A model generated the notes under the pieces. The model saw only the letters and a program-made list of their open reading frames with translations. It ran no database searches and was not told the origin of the DNA. A DNA stretch of 37,090 bases, taken from contig RBNJ01000197.1 in assembly GCA_003990765.1 (NCBI GenBank), positions 1-37,090 of the forward strand. The letters are read 5' to 3'. The position numbers were made by a program, and so were the translations under genes. Below, in pieces: positions 1 to 11,085 of the stretch (positions within the stretch are counted from its first letter, which is position 1; the number at the start of each line of letters is the position of its first letter). This DNA is from Jimgerdemannia flammicorona (Eukaryota).

Positions 1-3000
1 CCCTCCCACCCCTACTCGATGAAAAACCACTTTGTCTAACACTATCTCCACCTGCCCACCACTCTGTTCACAGATTCCTTCCACCAGGCAATGACATTTA
101 CCACCCTGGAGACCCCAACCCACCAACCACCCTGTCCGTAGATCCCCCATCAACCCCTCTCACCTTAACAACTTCTCCTGTAAACCCATCTATTACCCCT
201 CCTCAAAAACAAAGAGCCAATGTCCAGCCAGCCCTATCCACACTACTAACACCCACCCTACAGTGAGCCAACCATAGCCCACACTGCCCACTAGCTGAGA
301 TTTCAAATCCTCCCAGTGACCTCTCTCTCCATCTGGTCTCCTCTCCACATCTAGCCAATTCCCTACTGCTATCCAAAAGTCCCCCAAAATCTCACACTCT
401 CCCAGCCAATGTTCAGGCATCTGTACAAATCCCCCAACTTGCCCTATATTATAACACTCCTTACAATCTAAATGGCCACCCTCCACCAGATGCCCAGCAT
501 GGAAGTTCAACATGACATTCCTTCTCAGTATTTACTACCATACCACTCAGAACTTAGGAGGAAGCCACCACTGTACCTCAGTACTCCATGACACTTCTGC
601 CCAGTCCCACTCCTCACCAATCTCCACAGCCTGCCAACTACTTGGCCAAAGATCCTGGCCAAGACCCCACTGACACTCCACTCCATCACCAATATCAAAC
701 TCAGCAAGCAGAACACCCCCCAGAAGGAGTCTGTCCCATCACCACATATCTGGACCCCACAGCACCTCCCTCTCATTGCCTTGCCAGTGCAGTCCTATCT
801 GGTGTACTCCATCTACCACCCCCCACCAGAAGCCCTTATACCAAAGCTATCAGCTTCCAGTCAGACCCACCAGAGAGAGCAAATCTCCTGAGGACCCCTG
901 AGGGGAGAACCTCATCTCCTACACCTTCTGCAGCAGCAGCACCCAACCTTCTCCCTGCAGTTCAACAGCCCTTTTCAACCACCAAGCTTACAGACAGTGC
1001 AGCCACTTAGGGAAATCCACAAGGCCTAGTCCTCTCCTAACCACTGGTATTACAAGAGTATCCCAACTGACCTGGGACCTCCTCTCTGCCCAAATCCAAT
1101 CTCTGGCCAGTTTTGTCAGTCTCTTCACCACCCAAGCCAAAAAGTCTAAGTGATAAGCCACATATCATAGCTTGGGGAACCAGTAGACATTCAGAATCGA
1201 CACCCACCCTGCCAGAGAGATGTGGTGACCCCCCCAACCTCTAAGAGCCTCTCCCCAAATGGCCACTCTCCTCTCCCACCATACTCATGGCAAGACAGAT
1301 CCATATACAGAAAGGAAGATGCCCAAATACTACACCACCTCTTCTGTGGAGACAATTGTTCCAATGATGTCCCCTCCCACCAGCCCATTCCCTAACACCA
1401 TTGTCTCACACTTATGCCAGTTGAGTTTTGCCCCAAAGTGCACCTCATACCATTCCACTGTCTCCTTAAGTGCCTCAACATCTGCTACTGATCTAAGTCC
1501 AACTACCATGTCATCTGCAAAAGCCCCCATCTTCCACACCACACCATACATAGAGAGCCCTGCCACCCTCTGATGTATCCTATCCATCAAAGATTCCAAT
1601 GAAAGGGCATAAAGGATAGGAGACAGTGGGTCTCCCTGAGAAACTCCTCTTCTCAAGGGAAATGCCAAACCCCAGTGACTATTACACAATAGTGCTGCCC
1701 TACTGCCCTCCAACAAATTCAGCATAGAAGCCCAAAACCTTGAGGGAACACCAATTCTATCTAGCACCTTGCCTAGCCATCCCCACCAAACATGGTCATA
1801 GGCCTTCTCCTGATCCAAAAAGACCAGTCTACCATCCAGTCCGTAAGCCTGGGCCCCCTCAATAATGCCATGCACCCAGGCAGTCCCATCCCTGATAAGT
1901 CTGCCTCCCACAAAGCCTCGCTGCTCCTCACCCAGAGCCTGTTGGGCCACCTTCTGTAGCCTCGCAACAATCACCTTAGTCACCATCTTCCTGTCTATAT
2001 CCAAAAGCATGATTGGCCTCCAGTTCTTCCAGTTCTCCCTCCTCCTCTTATCTTTGAACAATAAGGCCACCAGCCCCAAGTCCTGCTTACCAACCCACTC
2101 ACCATTCAGAAGAACATGGTTACAGAGGGCAGCCATCTCTCCCAACACTCCAGGAACCTTTGTCATCTTCTTTCAGAAGTCCCAAGATAACCCATCCTCT
2201 CTTGGTGCTGTCCCCAGCTTAGTTGCTACAAGAACTCTCTGGATCTCCTCCTCTTGGACTAGTAAGATCAAATCACCCAGTTCTTCTACTTACAGCAGCA
2301 CCCACTCCTCCAGTGTGTCTTCAATTGCCTCTTCATCTGCCCCCCCTTTCTCCTCACTCCACAGACCCCTCTATTTTTCCTTCAGTACTCCCAAGATCTG
2401 CTGTATGCCATGTACCATATCTCTCTCAGCATCCAAGACCCCATCCCATCAGTGGCACACCCTCCTAGCTTAGAGAAGTCTCAACAGGTACCTAGTGGGC
2501 TGCTCTCCCTTCTCAAGCCCCTGCCACCATAGTCTGGCAGCCATTCCTTTCATATGAATCTCCTCCTCTACTCATAATATTTGTTGCAGCTCCATTACTT
2601 CCAATTTCGCCTGCTCTAACCTCCAATCCTCCACCTCTTCAGAACGAAGCAACTTGGCCCACTCCATCTGCAATCTAATCAGCTTATTAGAAGCATACCA
2701 TACTCACTTCCTTCTCTGCCTCCCAGCCTCCCAACCAGCTCCTCCCCAATATACCCTCACAGCCTCCTTCAACCTTATCTACCAGACATCCACAGATGAT
2801 CCCTCATGTATCCAGGTGGCAATCTTCACTTGGACATCCTCCACCCATGGGTCCCACAACCTCTTCTCGGCCAGCAGGGAGGAGTTAAGGCACCAATATC
2901 CAGGTCCATCTCCAGTCCCCTCAAATTGTCCCTGCTCCAATAGCCCCCAGTGATCAGACCAAGGGCACCACTCCACCTCTAGAGTCCTCCAAACATCAGC

Positions 3001-3630
3001 ACCCCAATATTTAGCCATCAGAATCCAGTCAATTCTTGTATCCAGTCTATTTACCCAGTGTGTATAGACCCTCCTGTCACCCCACTGTGTTCTGCCCATA
3101 TCCCCTAAGGAGCTAAGGTTCTCCACCTCCTCCCACTTATCCAGTCCACCACTTCTTCCACCTGCACTCCTTCCTCCATCAGTTCTATCCAGCCATGGAT
3201 CCCATACCATATTAAAGTCACCTCTCAGAATATCAATACCTTTCTCCAAAAAAACATCCTCCTCCAACAGATCCCTAATCTACTCAATCTGCTCACCCCT
3301 AACTACAGGGCAGTAGTAGGAGCCAATCCTCACTGATTCCCACCCAGGTCAGTGCCATTCACCCCACACCAAACAGTCCCCCTAGCTCTGAATTCTGCCC
3401 AAGTCCCCTCTACCCTTCCTCACCAGAATTGCTACTTTGCTATTCCAAGCAGTAGCCCCTCCCCATTCTCTAGTCCACTCTACTTAATCTTTCTCATTCT
3501 CACACCATACATCCTGCAGTAAAAAGAGATCAGCCTCTAATCCCTTAAGTTAAGTAAAAATGTTCCTATGCTGCCCTGATCCCTGTAGCCTATTCATATT
3601 CAGAGAAAATATACTAGTTGTACTGTTCAT
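1..3630 (-). pseudogene. LINE ORF2 (APE endonuclease + reverse transcriptase), disrupted
   Basis: ATG at 3630 reads MNSTTSIFSLNMNRL...LFLLQD. APE motifs: GDFN, YTHW, RIDW, SDH (2779-3267). RT motifs: NWRPIMLL, QRGFVGGR, LDQEKAYDHV, RGVSQGDPLSP, AFADD (1330-2166). Many stops and frameshifts. Confidence 0.93.
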
Positions 3631-3649
3631 AAGAAATAATGTTGATTAT

Positions 3650-5665
3650 TGATCACACTCTCTACAAATCTGTATTCAGCTCCTCCTGTGCCAAATCCAA
3701 GTCATGTTCTGAAGCCAGTGCCTTCTCCTCAGTCGCCTTTGCCTCCAATCCAGCCAGAAGTTCTACCATTACCCCATCCTCCTTTTCCTCAAAGTCCTCC
3801 TGGTATTCCAAGCATGCCTCCTGCCAGAGTTACAATCCATGATACTCTGTCCTATAATAGGCAGCCCACTCACCAGCAACAATTGCCAACTCAGCCTCCC
3901 TCACCTCATCCACTACATATCCCTTCTCCTCCTTGAAAATTGCAAGTATCTCTGCCTTCAATGCCTCCACCACCCCATCTCCACACAGAATCTGCACCCA
4001 ATGCTCTCCCAGCATCACATGCAGATCAACTTCTCCCAACTCCTCAGCTGCAAGGTTATCTATCACCTTGCTCATCTACAGCAGATTCCCCACCTCCCTC
4101 CCTCCAGGAGTCCCTGGCTGCCCTGCATTCAGCATTGTGGTATCTGCTCCCACACTGGCAGTCTCATCCCACTCCTCCTCTGGGACATCCACCAGCTCAT
4201 CCTCACCAACTGCCACCATCTGGCCCCCTTTCGCCACATCTGGGACCCCAAAGTGAACTTGCTGGGCCCCCCACATCAGCACATCCTCTACTGCTCCTCT
4301 CTTCCCAACTGGGCCCCTCCTGATAAGTGTGGGGGGGGTGCCATCCAAATCCTGCTCCCAAACTTTGAAGGTACCATTGGTATAGAGATCCTTGCCCAGA
4401 ACCTTCCCAGCTCCTCTCTTGTTCACCTCCACCTCCTCTCCTCCTTTGCTAGTCCAGACGCTGGCTTCGATGCCTCCAGACTCCTCAGCCCTAACTAACT
4501 TCTTCTTCACCTCTCCTTTCATACTTGCCAAAAGCTCCCTCTGTCTCTTATGCCCCTGGGCCCACTCCCACTACCTCCTGTCAGTATGGATATATTTCCC
4601 ATCCATGACCTCCAGATGCATCAACTCTTCATACAGCTTCCAGGCTTTTGCCCTCCTCTCCACAGTACCACTCAACTCCTCCAGAGCCTCCAACAAGTCC
4701 TCCTCCTCCTCTTCACTCCCTTTCACCCTCAATACCTTACAGATAAAAGCCCCCCACATCAGCACTGAGGGCCAGTCACTTGTCTTCTCTGTGGCCTCCT
4801 TCCCCACCAGCTGAATCCTGACATCGACGTCTCCTGTCCTGAATGTTGTCCTCTCCCACATCTGAAAACCAATGTCCACTACATCACCATACTCTGCCAT
4901 CATCTCCTCCACCCTCCTCCTAGTCTCCTCCTTCATCACCATAGACACCCCCTTCATCACTCTGGGGTCTCACCTCAAGCACCACACCATGGGGACTACC
5001 ACTTCCCCAACCACTACTCCAGTCTTCAGGGCCTTGTCCAGTGGGCCTGCCTCCTCAAAGCCCACCTCAACCCCCTCTAGACCCTTTAGGAACTTCACTG
5101 AGGCCACCTCAGTTACCTGTTTTGAGGACCATCCTCACCATCACTACCAAGCCCCAAAAGTACAAGGTAGCCACAAACTCTAAGATTAACTTCTTGAGCA
5201 ATGGGCCACTGCTAGCCCCATTACACCATCTGCCAGATCCCCCTTCCGCATTGGGAACCCCTGTCCCACCTAGCCATCAGCTATCACATCTCTTTTTTTT
5301 TCCTGATTCCCTGTCACACTCCCATCAACAGTCACACCCCCAGCCACAACCTCTCCAGCCCCTATGCTCACATCTCCCACCTGAGGGCCACTCTCTCTCC
5401 TGATGCTAGCCTTGTCCTTCCCCTCAGCAGTGCCAGCTCTAGTTCCAGCAGGCCAGCCATTCGCCTTCACCTTGTTGGCAAAGCTGGAGAGACCAGGCTT
5501 TTCCCCAGATCTACCTGACACTATTCCTCCTCCAGAGCCTTCACCACCCTTCAACCCTCCAAAAGCCCCCATCCTCAATCCATAACCTCTCCCCACATGC
5601 TGCCAGCTGAAAGCTCCAAGTCCACCCAATCCAGCATGCCCTTCAGAACTCTTGCTTGATGACAT
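3650..5665 (-). pseudogene. LINE ORF1 remnant
   Basis: Chain of minus-strand ORF fragments (5270-5665, 4571-4960, 4076-4531, 3830-4075) directly upstream of ORF2, collinear with 6000-7950. Confidence 0.8.
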
Positions 5666-5749
5666 TTTTATAGTACCTTTTCTCTAAGTTGTATTGAAAA
5701 CCATTGCTTGAAGTTTGTGTAACATGAATTGTACAGGAGAAAGGTGTCT

Positions 5750-7960
5750 CCTTTATCTCTCTGGACCAGAATCCCAACCTTGTCCTTCCAAACTACCTCA
5801 CCTCTCTATTCTTTTGTCCAATCTAATCTATCTAAGCTATCTTTACATATGTATAACATCCTGCAAAAGGAAGAGATCAGCCTCCAATCTCTTCAGCCAA
5901 GTAAAAATGTTCTGATATCAAATTGATCCCCATAGCCCATTCATGTTCAAAGAAAAAATATTGGTTGTACTATTTATAGGAAGTAATGTTAAAATCAAGT
6001 ATATTCTCTACAGCTCTACATTCATCTCCTTCTGTACTAAGTCTAAATTGCATTCAATAGCTACCTTCTCCTCTTCAACCCTCTTAGCCTCCAATCCCAC
6101 CAGTAGTTCAGCTAGCTCTCCATCATTCTTTTTCTCAAAGTCCTCATGATACTCCAGACAGGCTTTCTGCCAGAGCTATAATCCATATCTCTCTACCCAC
6201 CAGAGGGCAGCCCGCTCCTCAGCAATAACTGCCAGCTCTACCTCTCTTATCTTATTGATCTCATATTCTTTCTCTTCTAAGAAAATTACAAGCATCTCTA
6301 TCTTTAGAGCCTCCACCACTCCATCTCTATGTAAGATTTATGGCCATTGATCATCACTAAGCACTCTCAGGTCTATATTACCCAACTCTTCAGCCACCAA
6401 GTTGTTCATCATCTGATATATCCACTGTAGGTTTCTCATCTCCTTTCCACCTGGTGTCACTAGTCTCCCCTCTTCCAGCATTAAGGTATTAGCCCCTGTA
6501 CTCACAGTCTCATCTCACTCCTTCTCAGAGATATCCATCAGTTCATCCTTCCTAGCCACTACCACCTATCTCTCTTTTATCACCTCAGAAACTCCAAAGT
6601 ATACTTACTGGGTACCTCACATAGACACATCCTCTGCCACCTAGCCCCTTGAGGCTGGACCCCTTCTGATAAAAGGAGAAGTGTCCTCTCAGACTTCAAA
6701 CATATAATCTGCATATGGGTCTTTGCTTGGTATCTTCCCAATCTCTTCTGGACCCTCCTCTACATTCTCTCTATCTTTGCTGGCTCAGATACTTGCTTTG
6801 GCTTCCCCAGTATTCTCAATGCCCCCAGTATCCCTCTTTGCTTTCCCTTTCAGGTTTGCCAGCAACTCTCTCTGCCTCTTGCATCCTTAGGACCTCTCCC
6901 ACAGCCTCTTATCTATATAGATGCACTTCCCATTTACTACCTCCATATGCATTGACTCTATATATACCTCTCAAGCCTTTGCCCTCTGCTCTACTGCTTA
7001 GCTCCTCTAGCACCTCCAACAAATCCTCCTCCTCCTTCTTACTTCTCTTTATCCTCATCACCTTACATATGAAGGCCCCCCACACTATCACTGATATCCA
7101 ATCATGAGTATTTCTAGTAGTCTCCCCTCTGACCAACTGAATCTGGATATCAACATTCTCTGTCCTAAATGAGATCTCTTCCCAGACCCTAAACCCAAGA
7201 TTGACCACCTCCCTATACTCAGTCGTGACCTCCTCAACTCTCCTTCTCATCTCAACAGTAGTCACCATGGGTACACCTTTTACCAGAGGTTGCACCACTC
7301 TGGGGTCCCACCTCAAGCATTATACTATCAGGACACACATCTCTCCAATAGTCAGCTCTGCCTTCAGTACATCCTCTAATGATCTAGTCTCCTCAAAGCC
7401 TACCTTCACTTCTTCTAAACCCATCAGAAACTTCACAGATACTGAACCATCCATCTGCTTAGCAATTAGCCCCAAGATCATTTTTGTTGTCACTGCTAAG
7501 CCCCAAAAGCACAAAGTAACCATGAACTCCAAGATCAACTTCTTGAGTAATGGGGTCACTACTAGGCCCATTACACTATTTACTAGATCTCCCATCCTTC
7601 CAGACCCCATCTTCCCAGCCTTACCATCAGCAGTCATACCCCCAGCCACTACACTACTGGCTCTTCTACTAGATACTCTGAAGAGAGCCCCTCCTGACTT
7701 CCCAGCAGCAGCCTTCTTACCACTCTGCAGCTACCCATCCAGTCTAGCCACCAGACCCCTCTGCTTGACCTTCTTAGCAAAGCTCATCTGATTCTCCCCT
7801 GGCTGCACTGTGCCTCCTCTTCCACCACTGCCAACCTCCCTTCCTCCCAACAAAGTAATTGGTATCCCCAACTCTGCTCTCTGACTCTCTGCTAGCTAAA
7901 TATACTAGGGTTACCCTGCCTAGTACAATCTAAAGAACTCTGATTCAAGGATATATTCTT
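5750..7960 (-). mobile_element. Second, more decayed related LINE copy: ORF1 plus the first ~230 nt of the ORF2 endonuclease
   Basis: Collinear with ~3415-5665. WGAFICKV and EEEEDLLE occur in both copies, and acatcctgcaaaaggaagagatcagcctc matches 3509-3538. The copy breaks off at ~5750. Confidence 0.88.
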
Positions 7961-8252
7961 AAGATGTTTCTCCAAAGAACAGTGGAAAGTAGGTGATATA
8001 TATGTATTTGTATAATGTAAGATATATTAGAAAGAGTGGGATTTTTTGTCCAAACTACTGAAATAACTTTCCATATATCAGTATTTAGAATAATATAATT
8101 GCAATACAAATTTAGAATACTATCTAGTAAAGTAGAAGACTCCAAAAATATTACCCCTTTTCTGAAGACCTGATAGGATATTAATATTCTACTTCCTCTT
8201 AATTCTATATATAGAGTGTTATTGTCTGATCCTCTAGAAGATCAAGCCTTGG

Positions 8253-8756
8253 TAGTACTCCTAATAAGTCAATTTAATCTGGATTGGATTTGAATTGATT
8301 CAGATTGAATCCCATCCAGATGAATTCAAACCAATCATTGTTTTGATTTCCAAATTAGACAATTTAATGTTTATATCAATAACTCAATAAATAATTATCC
8401 AAATTTGCTAATCTTGGTGTCATTTGAAAGCCCTTAATAAAGTATATCTAATGTTACAAAGAATATTGAAATCAGATCATTTGTTACTGAGTTATGAAGA
8501 AAACTGTCTGAATTACCAATTTTGGAAATTTTATCAAATAGAACATTTTTCTTAATATCTTGACAATATATGATCTGATTTTAATGTTCTTGATATCATT
8601 AGAAAGGCCTTATTAAGGGCTTTCAAATGATATCAATATTATCAAATTAGAATGATTATTCAACAAGTTATTGATGTAAATATTTAATAGTCTAATTTGG
8701 AAATCAAAACAATGATTGAATCAAATCTCATCCAGATTGACTCATTCAGAGCACTA
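8253..8756. mobile_element. Non-autonomous fold-back DNA transposon (hAT-like MITE)
   Basis: Termini TAGTACTC...GAGCACTA. Long inverted arms: caatcattgttttgatttccaaattagac at 8332 and its reverse complement at 8690. The 8-bp flanks agccttgg / agtcttaa differ only by transitions. Confidence 0.85.
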
Positions 8757-9419
8757 AGTCTTAAAATTCTTAGTATTTCAAAGTCTAATAAATTTGAGAT
8801 ACAGAATTGAATCCAGATGAATTTTATCATAAGATTCTACTGATCTTCTCAGTAATACTGTTGTTGATTCAAAAAATTAAACAATTGCACTTTACATCAA
8901 TTCTTCTTGGCTTTTTAAAATATAAAATAAAAGCAAAATAACCTCATCAATAACTGAGATTCAGTAGATATAACTCTCCATCTCCTCTCACAAAAAAAAA
9001 AAAAAAAAATTAATATTAAAAATATAAAAAAAAAAAAAAAAAACAAAAAAATACTAAAAATTCAATTATATATTTTCTGACCTACTAGAGAGAGGGCTCT
9101 TCAGAAAATAAAAATATTATAGCTCTAATAATCCTCATAGTAAGAGCTCTTGAATACTACTTAAAGTATGTCAATTCCTCATTTTGTATTGATCATATAA
9201 GCCAGAGAGTTTTCAAAATCCAACCCCAGGATAACTCTATCTAATAGAAGGGTAGAAGGTATTGACAGAGCAGCCTCTAGCTTCCATCTTGAAGTAGTTA
9301 GCAATTCACTCAGGTTGTAGTCAGTAGAGATGAAATTATCTTCTATTCTCCAAAAATACATAAGAGAAAACTAAAAGTAGCAGAGGAGAGAGAATGGTAA
9401 TGAAGGGAAAAAAAAGGAA

Positions 9420-10390
9420 GAAAATATCACTCAGAAGAGATGTTAGAGATCAGCTATAAGAGGTCCTCCTCAGAAGAGAGAGAATATCATTAGTACAGAT
9501 TAGAAGTCACTCTTTCAACCAGTCTCCAGTCACCACTATGATGAGATGCCTAAGACTAGTACTCCTAAATGAATCGAATCAATTCAAATCAAATTGAATT
9601 GGGGATTTTTCAATTCAAATTGAGTTTGAATCAAATAGAATTCAAATCAAATTGAGGGTCCAATTCAAACCCTATTTTTAGAAATATAATATCTCGACGA
9701 ATACATGTCCAAATTCAATGATTTTTAGCTTGTTAGATTTCACTATATAATAGGAAACTAACAAGCTAAAGAACATTGAATTTGGATTTGTATTCATGGA
9801 GTTATTTAATTTCTAAAAATAGAGTTTGAATTGGACCTCAAATTGGACCTCAATTTGAATTGATTTGAATTGAATTGGGCCTCAATTCAATTCAAAGTTT
9901 TCAAATCAAATCAAATTTGGGTCCAATTCGATTCAATTCAATTCATTGGGAGCACTACCTGAGACCAGCTGAGAGAGGTTCTCTAAAGAGCAAGAACAGT
10001 ATCAGCTAGTTACTATTATAAGGAGATGCCAGAGACTAGCTGAGAGAGATTCTCTCCTAATAAGAGGGTATATCACCAGTACAAATCAGAAAACATCCTC
10101 CTGATTGGCCTTCTTGAGATGCTATGAGAGGTCCTCCTCCAAAGAGAGAGTATATCACCAGCACAAATCAGAAGACACCCCTCTGATTGATCTCCTTATA
10201 ATGTCAGAGAGCAGCTGTGAGAGGTCCTCCTCCAAAGAGAGAGTATATTGCTGGCACAAATCTGAGGGCATCACCCTAATTGGCCTCCTAGGTAGAATGT
10301 GAAAAACTGATTACAAAAAGTCCTTCTCAGAAAGGAGAGAGTATATTTTTAGTACAGATCAAGAGATATCCTCCTAAAGAGTCTCTAAGT
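9420..10390. repeat. Degenerate tandem repeat, unit up to ~93 bp, interrupted by the MITE at 9557
   Basis: gaggtcctcctccaaagagagagtatat recurs 93 bp apart (10128, 10221), with variants at ~9460, 9975, 10045 and 10320. Confidence 0.7.
9557..9957. mobile_element. hAT-like fold-back MITE
   Basis: TAGTACTCCTAAATGAAT...ATTCATTGGGAGCACTA termini; 8-bp TSD cctaagac / cctgagac; subterminal AATTC/AAATC pentamer arrays; internal palindrome centred near 9747. Confidence 0.9.
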
Positions 10391-10819
10391 TATCTGCACA
10401 GACCACAAGTATCACAAGCATCACAAGCATTGCAAGCATCACAAATATTGTCATAGCAAGAAGTCAATTTGGAGAATAAATGTAACATACCAAAAACAAG
10501 TAGTGAGGTGCAAAATTGTCTGGAGAGAGTGACTTTTTTAAGCAGCAGAGGATATTGTGGCATGCAATTTGTATGTCTGGTTTGCTGATATGCACAGTTC
10601 AATGTGCCACTGAATTGTCTATACTATTTATCTCCTTATCTCTAACAATATTCTGGCTCAATGTTCACTTTAACTGCTGTTCGATTTGTTCAAGTTCGCA
10701 ACACGTTGAAGTTCGCATGTCTCGAGTCATTGGTCACGTGACTGGTCGTTCATATGTCAAAAGGGGCAGTCATTCGTATTGTACGTTGTTCTTGGGTTTC
10801 CTGGTGGGTTTTCTATGTC

Positions 10820-11085
10820 TCCTGACGGGTCTTGTATCCAATTTTCATGGCGATTTTCTGTAGCGGATTTTTACTGACTAACTTGTATCTTTGGTTTCTG
10901 GGGTCTTGTATCCAATTTCCATGGTCTTGTATTCAATTTCCAATGGTGGTCCTTAACTGACTTGTATCTTGAATGTACGGTCTTGATCTTGTATTTGTAT
11001 CTTGAGTTCCATGACAGTTTTCTGTGGTCTTATATCTGATTTCTGCAGTGGTCTTAACTGACTTGTATCTTGAATTCCATGGCAA
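10820..11085. repeat. Cluster of short degenerate direct repeats (cttgtatc / ttccatgg), possibly the 3' non-coding end of the minus-strand Gypsy element
   Basis: (ga/gt)cttgtatc(tt/ca) recurs many times in ~270 bp. Confidence 0.55.

Larger units (their letters stand above)
1..5745 (-). mobile_element. Non-LTR retrotransposon (L1/Tx1-like LINE), near full length, degenerate; 3' end runs off the left edge
   Basis: ORF1 remnants at 5665-3650 are followed by ORF2 with an APE endonuclease and an RT. Bases 1-200 are homologous to the poly(A)-tailed 3' fragment at 20820-21194. Confidence 0.93.

Noticed and set aside
588..7791. Many plus-strand Pro/Ser/Leu-rich ORFs
   Set aside because: They are antisense shadows of the purine-rich minus-strand LINE ORFs.
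7960..9420. Coding-like minus-strand fragments around the first MITE
   Set aside because: Too decayed to assign to any transposase or gene family.
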